A stretch of 64,000 nucleotides of DNA from Octopus sinensis (Eukaryota): assembly GCF_006345805.1 (NCBI RefSeq), contig NC_042997.1, forward strand, positions 184,016,001 through 184,080,000, in the 5' to 3' direction. Position numbers and translations under genes: made by a program. Shown here piece by piece: positions 1-12,890 of this stretch. The notes beneath the pieces were generated by a model that was not told where the DNA came from, searched no databases, and saw only the letters and a program-made list of their open reading frames with translations. The stretch's first letter is position 1; the number at the start of each line of letters is the position of its first letter.

Positions 1-432
1 GTGTGCGTATATATATATGTGTGTGCGTATATATGTGTGTGTGTGTGTGCGTATATATATGTGTGTGCGTATATATGTGTGTGTGTGTGTGTGCGTATAT
101 ATATATATATATGTGTGTGTGTGTGCGTATATGTGTGTATGTGTATATATGTATATATGTGTGTGTGTGTATATATGTATGTATGTATGTATGTATATAT
201 ATATATGTATGTGTGTGTATGTGTTTGTGTGTCTGTGCTTGTCCCCCCAACATTGCTTGTCAACCGATGCTGGTGTGTTTACATCCCTGTAACTTAGCAG
301 TTTGGCAAAAGAGACTGATAAAATAAGTACTAGGCTTACAAAGAATCAGTCCTGGGGTCGATTTGCTTGACTAAAGGCGGTGCTCCAGCATGGCCGCAGT
401 CAAATGACTGAAACAAGTAAAAGAGTAAAAGA
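1..432 (+). mobile_element. SINE family A, internal (TA/TG)n tract plus 3' half
   Basis: The 3' body gtttgtccccccaacattgcttg...ctccagcatggccgcagtcaaatgactgaaacaagtaaaagag is shared with many copies in the window. Confidence 0.85.
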
Positions 433-461
433 ATCTAGTAAAATAACTTAGTCATTATTGA

Positions 462-684
462 CCCTTTAGCACTTAAACTGGCCATATCTAGACAAAATAT
501 TCTCTGTTTTATGTTCAAACTGACCAGATCTGGCCTCTTGCACCACCTACCCTGCAATATCATACTAAAAATTAACAGTTACTTCCTAAAAAAATCTCAA
601 AGCTACAAAATAATGCATGATTAATTTCAAAGCAATGTGGAATAAATAAGCATTACTTTTGACAGAATGATGTAAATGCTAGAG
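462..684 (+). mobile_element. piggyBac-type MITE, family 1
   Basis: CCCTTTAGC...GCTAGAG ends with TTGA/TTAA flanks. Homologous to 2973-4022 and, inverted, to 19529-19753. Confidence 0.7.
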
Positions 685-861
685 TTAAGATCGTGTTTGA
701 GACATAATTAACATGGAATCTTGATGGGAGGTTTTAATTTAGACTATTAATCTTCAGATGTTGAGCCTCATTGAGGTGATGACAAGTAACCGAGACCATG
801 ACAATATACTGTGCTTGAGAAGACTCATCAAGCCAAGTGAAACCGTAGTCATGACCATTAC

Positions 862-1057
862 TCTTTTACTTGTTTCAGTCATGTGACTGTGGCCATGCTG
901 GAGCACCGCCTTTAGTCGAGCAAATCAACCCTAGGACATATTCTTTGTAAGCCTAGTACTTATTCTATCAGCCTCTTTTGCCGAATCACTAAGTGACGGG
1001 GACGTAACACATCAGCATTGATTGTCAAGCGATGTTTGGGGGACAAACACAGACACA

Positions 1058-1107
<50 letters not shown>

Positions 1108-1270
1108 CACGACGGGCTTCTTTCAGTTTCCATCTACCAAATCCACTCATAAGGCTTTGGTCGGCCCGAGGCTATAGTAGAAGACACTTGCCCAAGGTGC
1201 CACACAGTGGGACTGAACCCGGAACCATGTGGTTCATAAGCAAGCTACTTACCACACAGCCACTCCTACA
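862..1270 (-). mobile_element. SINE family A, full length
   Basis: tRNA-like head (GGCTGTGTGG...GGTTCAGTCCC), ACCTTGGGCAAG core, internal (CA)n and tail AAGTAAAAGA. Confidence 0.85.
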
Positions 1271-1898
1271 CTACCATTGTCAGTGTCATGTAAATGGCAC
1301 CCATGAAATCGTAGCGATGGCCATGTTACTGGTATCAAGTAAATGGCACCTGTGTGGGTGGCACATAAGAGGCACCCATTAAACTCTTGGAGTGGTTGGT
1401 GTTGCGAAGGGTATCCAGCCATAGAAACCATGCCAAATCAGACTGGGACCTGGTGCAGCTCTCCAGTTTACCAGTTCCAGTGAAACTTTCTAAGCCATTC
1501 CAGCATGGAAAGCAGACACTAAATGATGATGATGATCATCATCATAATGATGATGAGGATGTTTGTGTTACAGAAAGTAGGGTGGTTTCAGACAGGTTTC
1601 TATCAAAAGAGTTAAAATCTGTGTTTGTGTCTGGGTGTTACTGTTGTTGAAATTTAAGTATTTTTATCATTGTTTTTACTGACACCTACATCATTTATAT
1701 TTAAAAAACCTTTATAATATTGTTTTATGTTTTATCGCCGTCTTCTTTCATGTCAGTATGTCAGTACGGGTTGATTATTTTTGCACACCCACTTAGTTTT
1801 GTCATCCTATCTCTTGGTTTATAAATAGCCCTGTTTCATATTTGCTTCTTGAAAAACTCTTGTACAGCAGCAACATAGCTGAAATTAACACCCGTTTA

Positions 1899-2410
1899 AC
1901 ACCACTGCCACTGTCACAACCACCACCACCACCACCACCACTGCCACCATAACCAAAACTATCACCACCACTTCCTCTACTGCAACCACCACCAGCACCA
2001 GCACCACCACCAGCACCACCACCACCACCACCACCACTGCCACCATAACCAAAACTATCACCACCACTTCCTCTACTGCAACCAGCACCAGCACCAGCAC
2101 CAGCACCAGCACCACCACCACCACCACCACCAGCACCACCAGCACCAGCACCACCAGCACCAGCACCACCACCACCACCGCCACCAGCACCACCACCACT
2201 TCAAGCAGCAACAACAACAACAGCGGCAGTAGCAGCAGCACCACCACCAGCACCACCATCAGCACAAGCAGCAGCTACTACCGCTACAAGCAGCAGCAGC
2301 AACAACAGCAGCACCACCGTCACAAGCAGCAGAAACAGCAACTGCACTCCAGTCCTGCCCCCTACCCCCATCACCACCACCATCACTACCACTGTCACCA
2401 CCAATGTATA
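1899..2410. repeat. Compound (CAC/CAG/CAA)n trinucleotide low-complexity tract with an internal ~110-bp duplication
   Basis: The block ccataaccaaaactatcaccaccacttcctctactgcaacc occurs twice (~1946 and ~2045). Confidence 0.9.
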
Positions 2411-2972
2411 ATGAACTGCAATCATGCATGTACATGAACATGTGTGGTACACCTATATATTTGTGAAATCCAGGCTATAAATACCCGTTTCCATTGCATA
2501 CCGGGTGGCAGATATGGTAGAGTGGCAGTTTAAATGTGAAGAACATCTAGTTATTTTCCATGCTAAGGTCAACTATTCTTACCATCTTTCGGGGGTCAAT
2601 AGACGTACAAAGGTCATGCATGTTGGACCTCTTCCAGATTAAGACAAAAAAATATGTACTAGCGCTGATACCACATAAAAAGCATCCAATCCACACTGTA
2701 AAGTGGTTGGCATTTGGAAGGGCATCTAGCTGTTAAAAGCTTGCCAAAACTGACCTTGCCTGTGCTTGTGCCATGTAAAAAGCACCCAGTCCACTCTGCT
2801 GGGTGGTTGGTGTTAGGAAGGGCATCCAGCCGTAAAAATACTACCAAAACAGACACAGAAGTCTGGTGCAGGCTCCTACCTGGCCAGCTCCTGTCAAACC
2901 ATCCAACCCATACCAGCATGGAAGGTAAACATTAAATGATGCTGATGCTGATATACCAGTCAAATACTGGAT

Positions 2973-3858
2973 GTTAGCATTTGACTGGCCATATTAAACC
3001 CAAATATATTTAGCATTTAAACTGGCCATATTCAGCCGAAATATATTTAGTATTTAAACTGGCTATATTCAGGCCAAATGTATTTAGCATTCAAGCCAGC
3101 CATATTCAGCCCAAATATATTTAGTGTTTAAACTGGACATATTCAGCCCAAATATATTTAGTGTTTAAACTGGACATATTCAGCCGAAATATATTTAGTG
3201 TCTAAACTGGCCATATTCAGGCCAAATGTATTTAGCATTCAAACCGGCCATATTCAGCCCAAATATATTTAGTGTTTAAACTGGCCATATTCAGCCCAAA
3301 TATATTTAGTGTTTAAACTGGACATATTCAGCCCAAATATATTTAGTGTTTAAACTGGCCATATTCAGCCCAAATATATTTAGTGTTTAAACTGGACATA
3401 TTCAGCCCAAATATATTTAGTGTTTAAACTGGACATATTCAGCCCAAATATATTTAGTGTTAAACTGGACATATTCAGCCCAAATATATTTAGTGTTTAA
3501 ACTGGACATATTCAGCCCAAATATATTTAGTGTTTAAACTGGACATATTCAGCCCAAATATATTAAGTGTTTAAACTGGACATATTCAGCCGAAATATAT
3601 TTAGTGTTTAAACTGGACATATTCAGCCCAAATATATTTAGTGTTTAAACTGGCCATATTCAGCCCAAATATATTTAGCGTTTAAACTGGACATATTCAG
3701 CCCAAATATATTAAGTGTTTAAACTGGCCATATTCAGCCCAAATATATTTAGTGTTTAAACTGGACATATTCAGCCGAAATATATTTAGTGTCTAAACTG
3801 GCCATATTCAGGCCAAATGTATTTAATGTTTAAACTGGCCATATTCAGCCCAAATATT
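2973..3858 (+). repeat. 37-bp minisatellite (~24 units) inside piggyBac MITE 2973-4022
   Basis: Unit TTTAGTGTTTAAACTGGACATATTCAGCCCAAATATA; period 37 measured from 3121 to 3158. Confidence 0.95.
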
Positions 3859-4334
3859 CAAACTGGTCAGCTGCGGCCTCTTACATCTACCCTACAATGT
3901 TATACTAAAAATAAACAATCACATCATTGAAATCTCAAAGCTACAAGATAATGCATGATTAATTCAAAATAATGTGGATAAATAAGCATTACTTTTCGTA
4001 GAGTAATCTGAATGCTAAAGAGTTAACCAAGTATGCCCTCTTCTAAAATATATCACCATGTGCATGTGTTTGAAATCACTATTTTGTTCTCATGCAGATA
4101 GATTCAATGTTGTATTGAACCAATAAATTACTCCTTAATTGCCAATTAAATCTGTAATCTGCTACAGACTCCTTTTTCATTACAGCTTGGCTGTTATGTC
4201 AGTAAAATGGAGGTGTTGAATGCTTTGTTGAGAGCCAAGAATTAATGAGCACTATTAATTACAAATTCATATTTCCACGAACAAGCTGTTACCTTATCCA
4301 TTTTATCTTTGCAATCATTAACCTTTATTTTTGG

Positions 4335-4490
4335 CTGCGTGGCTGTGCGGTAAGAAATTTGCTTCCCAGTTACATGGTTCAGGGTTCAGCTCCATTTTGT
4401 GACACCTTGTCTTCTACTACAGCCTTGAGCTGACCACAGCCTTGTGAGTGGATTTGATAGATGGAAACTGAAAGAAGCCCGAAACATATA

Positions 4491-4528
<38 letters not shown>

Positions 4529-4705
4529 TGTTTATTCCCCACTTGACAACCAGTGTTGGTGTGTTTACATCTCTGTAATGGTTCGACACAAGAGACTGAT
4601 AGAATGGGTAATTAAGCTGGGGTCTATTCATTCTTCAAGGTGGTGCCCCAGCATGGCCACAGTCTAATGACTAAAACAAGTAAAAGATAAAAAGATAAAA
4701 AAATT
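4335..4705 (+). mobile_element. SINE family A, diverged full copy
   Basis: Head, core, (TG)n and tail all present. Confidence 0.8.
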
Positions 4706-4847
4706 ATCTAGCAAGAAGCACTTCACATGATACTCATACAATTAACAATAATTCTCGTGAGTTGCACATCATTCCTAAAAATACTTTCTAAAACTTGTGA
4801 AAAAAAACACTGCAAGTGATGTTTCAGCAGTATATAAAGTTATTTTG

Positions 4848-5157
4848 GGAGGCGCAATGGCCCAGTGGTTAGGGCAGCGGACTCGCGGTTGGAGGATCAC
4901 GGTTTTGATTCCCAGACCAGGCGTTATGTGTGTTTATTCAGCGAAAACACCTAAAGCTCCACGAGGCTCCGGCAGGGGGTGGTGGCGACCCCTGTTGTAC
5001 TCTTTCACTCCAACTTTCTCTCACTCTCTTCCTCTTTCTCGAGTAACGCTGCGATGGACTGGCATCCCGTCCAGCTGGGGGGAACACATATGACACAGAA
5101 ACCAGGAAACCGGGCCCATGAGCCTGGTTAGGCTTGAAAAAGGTGCCTAAATAATTA
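4848..5157 (+). mobile_element. tRNA-derived SINE family D with 14-bp TSD
   Basis: Box A/B-like head GGCCCAGTGGTTAGG...TTTGATTCCC; TSD ATAAAGTTATTTTG at 4834-4847 and 5158-5171. An inverted copy lies at 29630-29930. Confidence 0.85.
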
Positions 5158-6129
5158 ATAAAGTTATTTTGAAAAAAACAAGTCAAATTAAATTATAAGG
5201 AAAAGCAGTAATAGTTTTTTTAAAGTTTCATTTCTTTTTGGACAAATCTTTATATATACAGGGGTTGAACAAAATAATGCCGCTGGCATGTAAAAGCACC
5301 CACTACGCTCTCAGAGTGGTTGGCATTAGGAAGGGCATTGAGCTGTAGAGACTCTGCCAGATCAGATTGGAGCCTGGTGTAGCCATCTCGCTTGCCAGTC
5401 CTCAGTCAAATTGTCCAACCTATGCCAGCATGGAAAGCAGGCGTTAAACGATGATGATATATATATATTTGTATATGTATACGTTTGTGTGTCTATGTTT
5501 GTTCCCTTGACAACCGATGTTGGTGTGTTTATGTCCCCGTAACTTAGCGGTTCTGCAAAAGACGCCTATTAGTACTAGGCTTACAAAGAATAAATCCTTG
5601 GGTAAATTTGTTCGACTAAAGGCGGTGCTCCAGCATGGCCACAGTCAAATGACTGAAACAAATAAGAGAATAAAAATATTCATGTAAACAACACAGATTA
5701 ACAGTTACTGTTTCTAATTTTGACAAAAAGCCAGCAATATTAGAGTGTGGGAGGAAGTTTGATTACTTCAACCCAAGTATTTTACTGGTATTTATTTTAT
5801 CATCCTTGGAAAGATGAAAGGCATAGTTGACCTTGGTGGAAATATAAATTCAGAAGAAATAACTTAAAGCATTTTTTTCTGATGTGCTAATGACTCTACC
5901 AGCTTGCTTGTCTAGATGAACAATGATAACAGAAAATCAAAAACAAAAGTTGTTGTTTATTGAGGCAGATGGAGTTTATTGACACAGGTTTTCCTCCTGT
6001 CACAAGGTTCACCTATTTCCAAGCAAGATATTTTCTCCATGGCCAAACATGTTTTTGGCAGAATATAGGAAAGAGTGAAGTTCATTTACGACAGTTATGT
6101 GATGTCAAGTTAAAGTGGTACAAACACTC

Positions 6130-6261
6130 ACATACTCACACTCAAACATACATACATATACATATTTATGTATGTGTACACACACACACACACATACACA
6201 CATATAGTCCAACCCATGCTAGCATGGAAAGTGGACGTTAAACGACGACGACGATGATGAT

Positions 6262-6301
<40 letters not shown>

Positions 6302-6556
6302 TATATACATGCACACACACATTCATATTCATATACATGTATAGATGCACACACACATACACACTCAGACATATTTACATACATACATGCATACATACAT
6401 ACATATGTATATATACACAAACAGACATATTCACATGCATATACATCATACATGCATGCATGCATACATACATACGTGCACACATACACACACACACACA
6501 CACATGCATACATCATACATACATACATGCATACATGCATACATACATACATACAT
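6130..6556. repeat. (CA)/(CATA)/(TA) compound microsatellite
   Basis: Directly visible. Confidence 0.95.
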
Positions 6557-6960
6557 ATTGTTGTTTGGGACAGAGGGGCAAAGGTATGTACTGTCATAGA
6601 GGTCAGCTGCCCTGAAGATATAAATATCTCTTTGAAAATCAAAGAAAAAGAAGATATGTATGGACAGCTGCTTTGAAACCTCCAGCTTCTATATCCAGAC
6701 TATGAATTCATATTCGTACTAATAATAATTGGAGCACTAGGTTTTGTTTGGAAATGCTTAAAGGAGAATCTGGTTAAACTGGGATTTTCAGAAAGAGAAA
6801 TCGACCGGTGAATTCGTACATTACAAGTGCAATCTATGAGTGAAAAAGTAGAAATGTGCAAGACTTTTCTTAAGTTCCAAATGTGGATTTGTCTGTGTTA
6901 ACTACATCCCAAAGATGGAGCCTTGTATCTTTGTTGGAAACTGGGTCCCTCCTTAGTGGA
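6556..6960 (+). mobile_element. 3' fragment of an RLE-type (R4/HERO/NeSL-like) non-LTR retrotransposon, degenerate
   Basis: IVVWDRGAKVCTVIEVSCPEDINISLKIKEKEDMYGQLL*NLQLLYPDY..IIGALG is a restriction-like endonuclease C-terminus. Confidence 0.7.
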
Positions 6961-6963
6961 AGA

Positions 6964-7362
6964 TCTTTATATATAAAAGTGAAGTTGTGTGTCTGTCTCC
7001 TACGATTTAGATTCCTAACTACTCCCATATTTTGCGGTGCAGTTTAACCAAAACCGGGTATCTTATAGTCGTGATTCATATCGAGCCCTTCTGGGTATTA
7101 GCGCACGTCTACAATGAGTCTACGATTTAAAAAAAAATTACCATCATTCTTTTCCATTTTAATGCATTTTTTTCGCTATTATATAAGGGAAGTAACTCTC
7201 TAAAAATGTCTATGATGAGTCAACGATTTAAAAAAAAATTTGCCATCATTTTTTTCCCCATTTTTAATGCATTTTTTTGCTATTTTTTGGCTATAACTCT
7301 CTAAAAATGCTTATATAGTTATTTCTCTTACAAACTCGAGCAACGCCGGGCGATACTGCTAG
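6964..7362 (+). mobile_element. Non-autonomous Helitron
   Basis: A|TC 5' end, subterminal hairpin CTCGAGCAACGCCGGG, CTAG|T 3' end and no TSD. Confidence 0.8.
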
Positions 7363-8369
7363 TTTATAATAATTAAAAAAATAGAAGACATACGTACGTA
7401 CACACATACATGCATGCATGCATGATGGGCTTGTTTCACTTTCTGTCTACCAAATTCACTCACAAGGCTTTGGTTGGATTTGAGCAATAGTAGAAGATGC
7501 TTGCCCAAGTGCTGTGCAGTGGGAGTGAACCCAAAATCATGTGATTGGGAAGCAAACCTCTCAACCATACCCCAATCACGATCATCTTTTTCCTGTTTTG
7601 GCATGAGTTAGACTGTTTGTCAGGAACAGGCAAGTCAGAAGACTGCACCTAGCTCTGTTGTCTTCTTTGGTATGGTTTCTGTGGCTGAACATGCTTCCTA
7701 AAGTGAACAACTTTACTGAATGTACCGGATGCTTTTTATGTAGTACCAGCTGCATTGAGATCAACAAGTGGCTTGCTGGACAAGGCCCCACAATTGTGGT
7801 TGGTAGGGAAGAAATATTGATTTTTAAATTTTGGTGCAAGTCCAAGAATTTGTGGGCAGGGTAAGACGATTACATTGACCTAAGTGTTCAGCTGGTACTT
7901 ATTAGAAATATTGAGGGACAAAGTGTCTTGTATTAGAGGATAAACATGGCTCCTTCAGATGGAGAGAGGGAGAAGAGATGGTGAAGATGTGATGGAGATG
8001 GAACAGGGATCTTACACCTAAGCTCCTGTGGGAGTGTATACAATGAAGTGGACTGGGGATTGGAGAGGGTGAGTGGGTGGGTGAGTTCATAAGATTGCAC
8101 TAGGGGAGTGGGAGCTGGTGGTAGTGTATGTAATGAATGGGCACAGGTAGAGAGAGGGAGTATTAGAAGGACATGTTGTATGGAAGGGATTCAACAGGGA
8201 TATATTTTGTGCAGGTAAGTGGAAAAATGGAGGGGAGAGGAATACAGCATTGGTGGGCATGGGTGGGATAAGAGGGAGTTGGTAGGAAGATGCATAGTGG
8301 TGGTAGGGGACAATGGACATAAGGGAAATGCTTTTATGTCCTGGATTTTACTTAGCTGGGTGGGTCTTC

Positions 8370-8845
8370 TCCAGCACAGCAAATCGCTAGTTGTCTCAGT
8401 TCTTTGTCATCTCCTCTGTGAAGATTATTTCTTACCACTTCAAACCATGTCTTCTTGAACTTTCTTTTCTACAGGTTCCTTCCACATTTAGAGATTGGCT
8501 CTTCTTTATGCTGCTGTCTTTGTCCATATGCATCACATGACCATACCAGTGCAGTCTTCTCTCTTGCACACTACAACTGATGCCTCTTGTAACCAATTTT
8601 TCTCTGAAAATATTTACACATTGTCATACATGCACACTGAAATTGCACACCTGACAGAGCATGCTGGCCTATTTTCTTTCAAGCTTTCACATGTTCTTTG
8701 CAGTCACAGCCCATGTTTTGCTACCATGTAGCATAGCTGTCCAAACAGGCATCATACAATCTGCCTTTCACTCTGAGGGAGAGACCCTTTGTTACCAACA
8801 AAGATAACAACTCTCTGACCTTTGCCAGCTAGTTCTTATTCTTGT
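8370..8845 (-). mobile_element. Old RTE-like LINE fragment (RT C-terminal region)
   Basis: Diverged homolog of 17300-17760 (catgaccataccag...ctctcttgcac..caactgatgc). Confidence 0.75.
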
Positions 8846-8930
8846 AATGATGCTTTCAGATAGCCTAATTTTGTCTTTACTTTCTTAACTTATTTTTTCC
8901 TATTTATACTTTTTTTAAACAAATTTCTAG

Positions 8931-9001
8931 ATGAATTGCAAGTCTCTCATCTGAAAGAAGAACTCCATAAGAGTAGTATATCTTTCCAGGAAACATCCAA
9001 A
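8931..9001 (+). CDS. CCHCR1: CCHCR1-like gene, internal coding exon (first one recognisable in this window)
   Basis: Acceptor tttctag and donor gtaagt. Reads (x)ELQVSHLKEELHKSSISFQETSK and ends in phase 0, matching the next exon. Confidence 0.75.
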
Positions 9002-9586
9002 GTAAGTAATTTATTTCTTATTTTACTTTTAGTTATACAATTGAAGGATAGCATATTCAAACAGGAGAAATAAAACTCCATACATATTACTTATTTTTAT
9101 TGATAGCCAAGAAGCTACATCAGTGTCACAAGGTCTAGAGTTTTACAGCAGAATATTTATCAAACAGGATAAGATTTGAAAATCAAAATCGATCAACATC
9201 AATGGAAATTGTAGCTGTGATACCAGTGCCGGTGTCACATAAGAGAGCCATCCGAACGTGGCTGTTGCCAGCGCCGCCCCGACTGGCCTCCGTGCCGGCG
9301 GCACATAAAAAGCACCATCCGATTGTGGCCATTGTCAGCCTGGCCTGGCCTCCGTGCCGGCGGCACGTAAAAAGCACCAGCCGATCGTGGCCATTTCCAG
9401 GTTAAAACAAAAAAAAAATTTTATATGAGACTTCACTAATAAATAGACAAATGTTGAAAAAACTGATTTTAACTCACAGCATTCAATTATTTAATATTGG
9501 ATGGAATAAATAAAATTGAATATTAAGAATTTATGGAATTTTGATTCACTGTCAGGTGACTTTTAACCAACCTGTATATATACATC

Positions 9587-9796
9587 TGAGGAAGTGCTGA
9601 AAAGTTCCTGGGTAAAAGAAAATATAGGAGGATCAGTTAATTATGATTTTATTCAACATGTTCCCCTCTCAGATTCATACATGTATTGCAGTGGTCCTTC
9701 AGTTTTTCTAAGCCTTGTTAAAAAACTTGGAAAGTTGGTCCTCCATCCAGGCCTTTCACAATACCCTTAAAGCCAGGAACTTTTCAGCACCCCCTC
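9587..9796. mobile_element. Tc1/mariner-type MITE
   Basis: TIRs TGAGG(AA/GG)GTGCTGAAAAGTTCCTGG and CCAGGAACTTTTTCAGCACCCCTCA, with TA on the right flank. Confidence 0.7.
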
Positions 9797-10419
9797 ATAC
9801 ACACACACACACACATGCACGCACACACACATGCACGCACACAAGACAGACTTCTTTCAGTTTCTATATCTAACAAATCTTCTCCCAAGACTTTAGCCAA
9901 CCTAGGGCTATAGTAGAAGTCACTTCCCTGAGATGCTAAAATTACATTAAATTTATTTATTTTTTGTAGCTGTTAAATCTTATCCAGTTTGATTCTTGCA
10001 TGGAACTTTAGGCCCTTGTGTCATAGATGTACTGATACAATTTATAAATATTGTGATGTTTTGCTTTCCAATCACATGGTTTCATAGTTAGTCTTAGCAT
10101 GTGGCATTTTGGGTAAAGTCTTATGAGTGGATTTGGCAGGTGGAAACTGAAAGCCCATCATATATGTATGTGTGTTTTGTGTTTGTCCTCCACCACTGCT
10201 TGACAACCAGTATTGGTTTATTTTTTTACTCTTACTTGTTTCAGTCATTTTGACTGTGGCCATACTAGAGCACTGCCTTTAGTCGAACGAATCAATCTCA
10301 GGACTTATTCTTTGCAAGCCTGGTACTTATTCTATTGGTCTCTTTTGCCGAGCTGCTAAGTTACGGGGACGTAAACACACCAACATTGGTTGTCAAGCAA
10401 TAACGGTGGGGGACAAACA

Positions 10420-10475
<56 letters not shown>

Positions 10476-11945
10476 ACATACAATGGGCTTCTTTCAGTTT
10501 CCGTCTATCAAATCCAAGGCTTTGGTCTGCCTGCAGCTTTTGCAGAAGACACTTGCCCAAGGTGCTATGCAGTGGGACTGAACCTGGAAACATGTGGTTG
10601 GGAAGTAAGCTTCTTACCACACAGCCACACCTGCACCTATTGTTTATCCATAATTTAGTGGTTCAGCAAAAGAGCTCAATAGAATAAGTACTGGGGTTGA
10701 TTTGTTCAACTAAAACCTTTCAAGGCAGTACCCCAGCATGGGCACAGTTTAGTGACTCAAACAAGAAAAAGAAGATGTATTATTATGGATTAAATTTAGT
10801 ATATACTATTAAAAGAATTGTTTGAGTCAGAATAAAATAAACTGAAAAAGTAACTAAAGAATAAAATATATAGAAATAGTGAGATTGCTATTTGAATTGT
10901 AATTGACTTGTATATTACTGTTTGATGGTGACAATGAATTTGGTATAAATGGCATTGTTTTTAATCATTTCATTACAATATTTTGGTTGAAACACACTGC
11001 CTTTGTTTTGCTTAAATTTTGAAAATAATGAAAATTCTAATAAAATATAACGGTCATTATTAAGCTGATGTAAGGTGGTGAGTTGGCAAACTCATTGGCA
11101 CATACACAAAGACAAACACACAGATATATACACACATTTATACATATTTATACGATGGGCATCTTTCAGTTTACATCTACCAAATCCACTCACAAGGTTT
11201 TGGTTGGCCCGAGGCTATGGTAGAAGACTCTTGCCCAAGGTGCTATGCAGTGGGACTGAACCTGGAACCTTGTGGTCGGGAAGCAAACTTCTTACCACAC
11301 AGCCTTGCCTGCACCTATACATTCTATGCATTTTTACTGTTTATGTTTGATTCAGTCATTGGATTGTGACCAAGCTGGAGCACTGCCTTGTAGGGTTTGT
11401 CAAACAAATCAACCCTAGTACTTATTTTAAGTCTGGTGCTTACTCTATCGGTTTCGCTTTCTGAACCACTAAGTTATGAAAAATAGGGGAAACAGTTGTC
11501 AAGTGGTGGGGATGGGAGTGGGGCGGTGGATTGAGTAGACACACATGAAGATACACATACTCACAAACATAAATGTACACACACACACACACTGTGTGGC
11601 TGTGTGGTAAAAAGTTTATTTCCTAACCACTTGATTCTGGGTTCAGTCCCAATGCATGGTACCTTGGGCAAATGTCTTGTTCTACAGCCCCAGGGTGGCC
11701 AAAGCTTGTGAATGGATTTGGTAGATGGAAATCAAAGGAAAGCATTCTGTGTGTGCATGTGTGTGTGTGTGTGTGTGTATTTTCAAGAATAGCCCTGCAT
11801 GTATATATATGAGGTTGACAGTTACAAATATTATGTCATGTCAAGACAAGGAAACACAAGCACACATAGACATACTTGCACATCTATACAGATATCATTA
11901 TCATCATGATCACCATGATCATTGTCTTATATATATATATATCTC

Positions 11946-12263
11946 GGGACCCCCTTCGGTCACGACACTGACCATGGGATTGCACCTAGAAAGTTACCCT
12001 CCTAGTCACAAGTCCGGGCAAGGTTGTTTATGGAAGACCAGCAGTCACGCATGCATACTGGCCTCCCCTCTCCACGCCACCAGTGTTATCCAAGCGAAAG
12101 GCAAGGGCCGATACAGCTTGGCACCAGTGACGTCACAACTCATTTCTACAGCTGAGTGTACTGGAGCAACGTGAAATAAAGTGTCTTGCTCAAGAACACA
12201 ACATGCAGCCCGGTCCGGGATTCGAACTCACAACCTCACGACTGTAAGCTCGACGCTCTAACC
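11946..12263 (-). mobile_element. tRNA-derived SINE family C
   Basis: Head TGGTTAGAGCGTCG...GAGTTCGAATCCC and CTTGAGCAAGACAC core. Further copies at 30853-31180 and 46743-47075. Confidence 0.85.
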
Positions 12264-12654
12264 AGGCTCCAATCTGATCTGGCAGAGTTTCTACAGCTGG
12301 ATGCTCTTCCTAACGCCAACCACTCTGAGAGTGTAGTGGGTGTTTTATAAACTAGTTTTGATGGAAACTTCTTTCAAAATTCCTATTTTGTTTTTCACAC
12401 ATTTACTTGTGTAGGTTTGCAATAACACTCTTTGTGAGAACATGTTTCAGTGGCTGAAAACATGTTGAAATATGCCAAGCATTAGAGAAAAAAACCTAAT
12501 TGTTTCTTGCAATATAAATATTTGAAGCAGAATTTTTTTATATTTACCAATATAGGTGCAGGCGTAATTGTGTGGTAAGAAGCTTGCCTCTCAATTACAT
12601 GGTTTCGGGTTCAGTCCCACTGTGTATAACCTTGAACAAGTGTCTTCTACTATA

Positions 12655-12890
12655 TATTTCTTTACTACGCACAAGGGGCTAAACACAGAGGGGACAAACA
12701 AGGACAGACAAACGAATTAAGTCGATTACATCGACCCCAGTGCGTAACCGGTACTTAATTTATCGACCCCGAAAGGATGAAAGGCAAAGTCGACCTCGGC
12801 GGAATTTGAACTCAGAATGCAGCGGTGGACGAAATACCGCAAAGCATTTCGCCCGGCGTGCTAATGATTCTGCCAGCTCGCTGCCTTAAT
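12655..12890 (-). mobile_element. SINE family B nested in a family-A SINE, 16-bp TSD
   Basis: TSD AGTGTCTTCTACTATA at 12639-12654 and 12891-12906. The host SINE spans ~12555-13185. Confidence 0.9.

Noticed and set aside
1-326. Overlapping ORFs rich in C/V/Y/M/I or H/T (also 6128-6676, 31798-32809, 62278-62669)
   Set aside because: These are translations of (TA)/(TG)/(CA)/(CATG) microsatellites, open in several frames only because the repeats lack stop codons.
1885-2410. Val-rich ORF on the - strand and a mucin-like Thr/Ser-rich open frame on the + strand
   Set aside because: It is a trinucleotide low-complexity tract with no usable start or splice donor compatible with the host gene.
2973-3858. 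Regular 37-bp repeats resembling a CRISPR array
   Set aside because: Units are directly adjacent with no unique spacers, there are no cas genes, and the context is eukaryotic.
4186-4245. Possible upstream CCHCR1 exon (LGCYVSKMEVLNALLRAK or LAVMSVKWR)
   Set aside because: The acceptor is good, but there is no convincing donor before a stop and no phase link to the exon at 8931.
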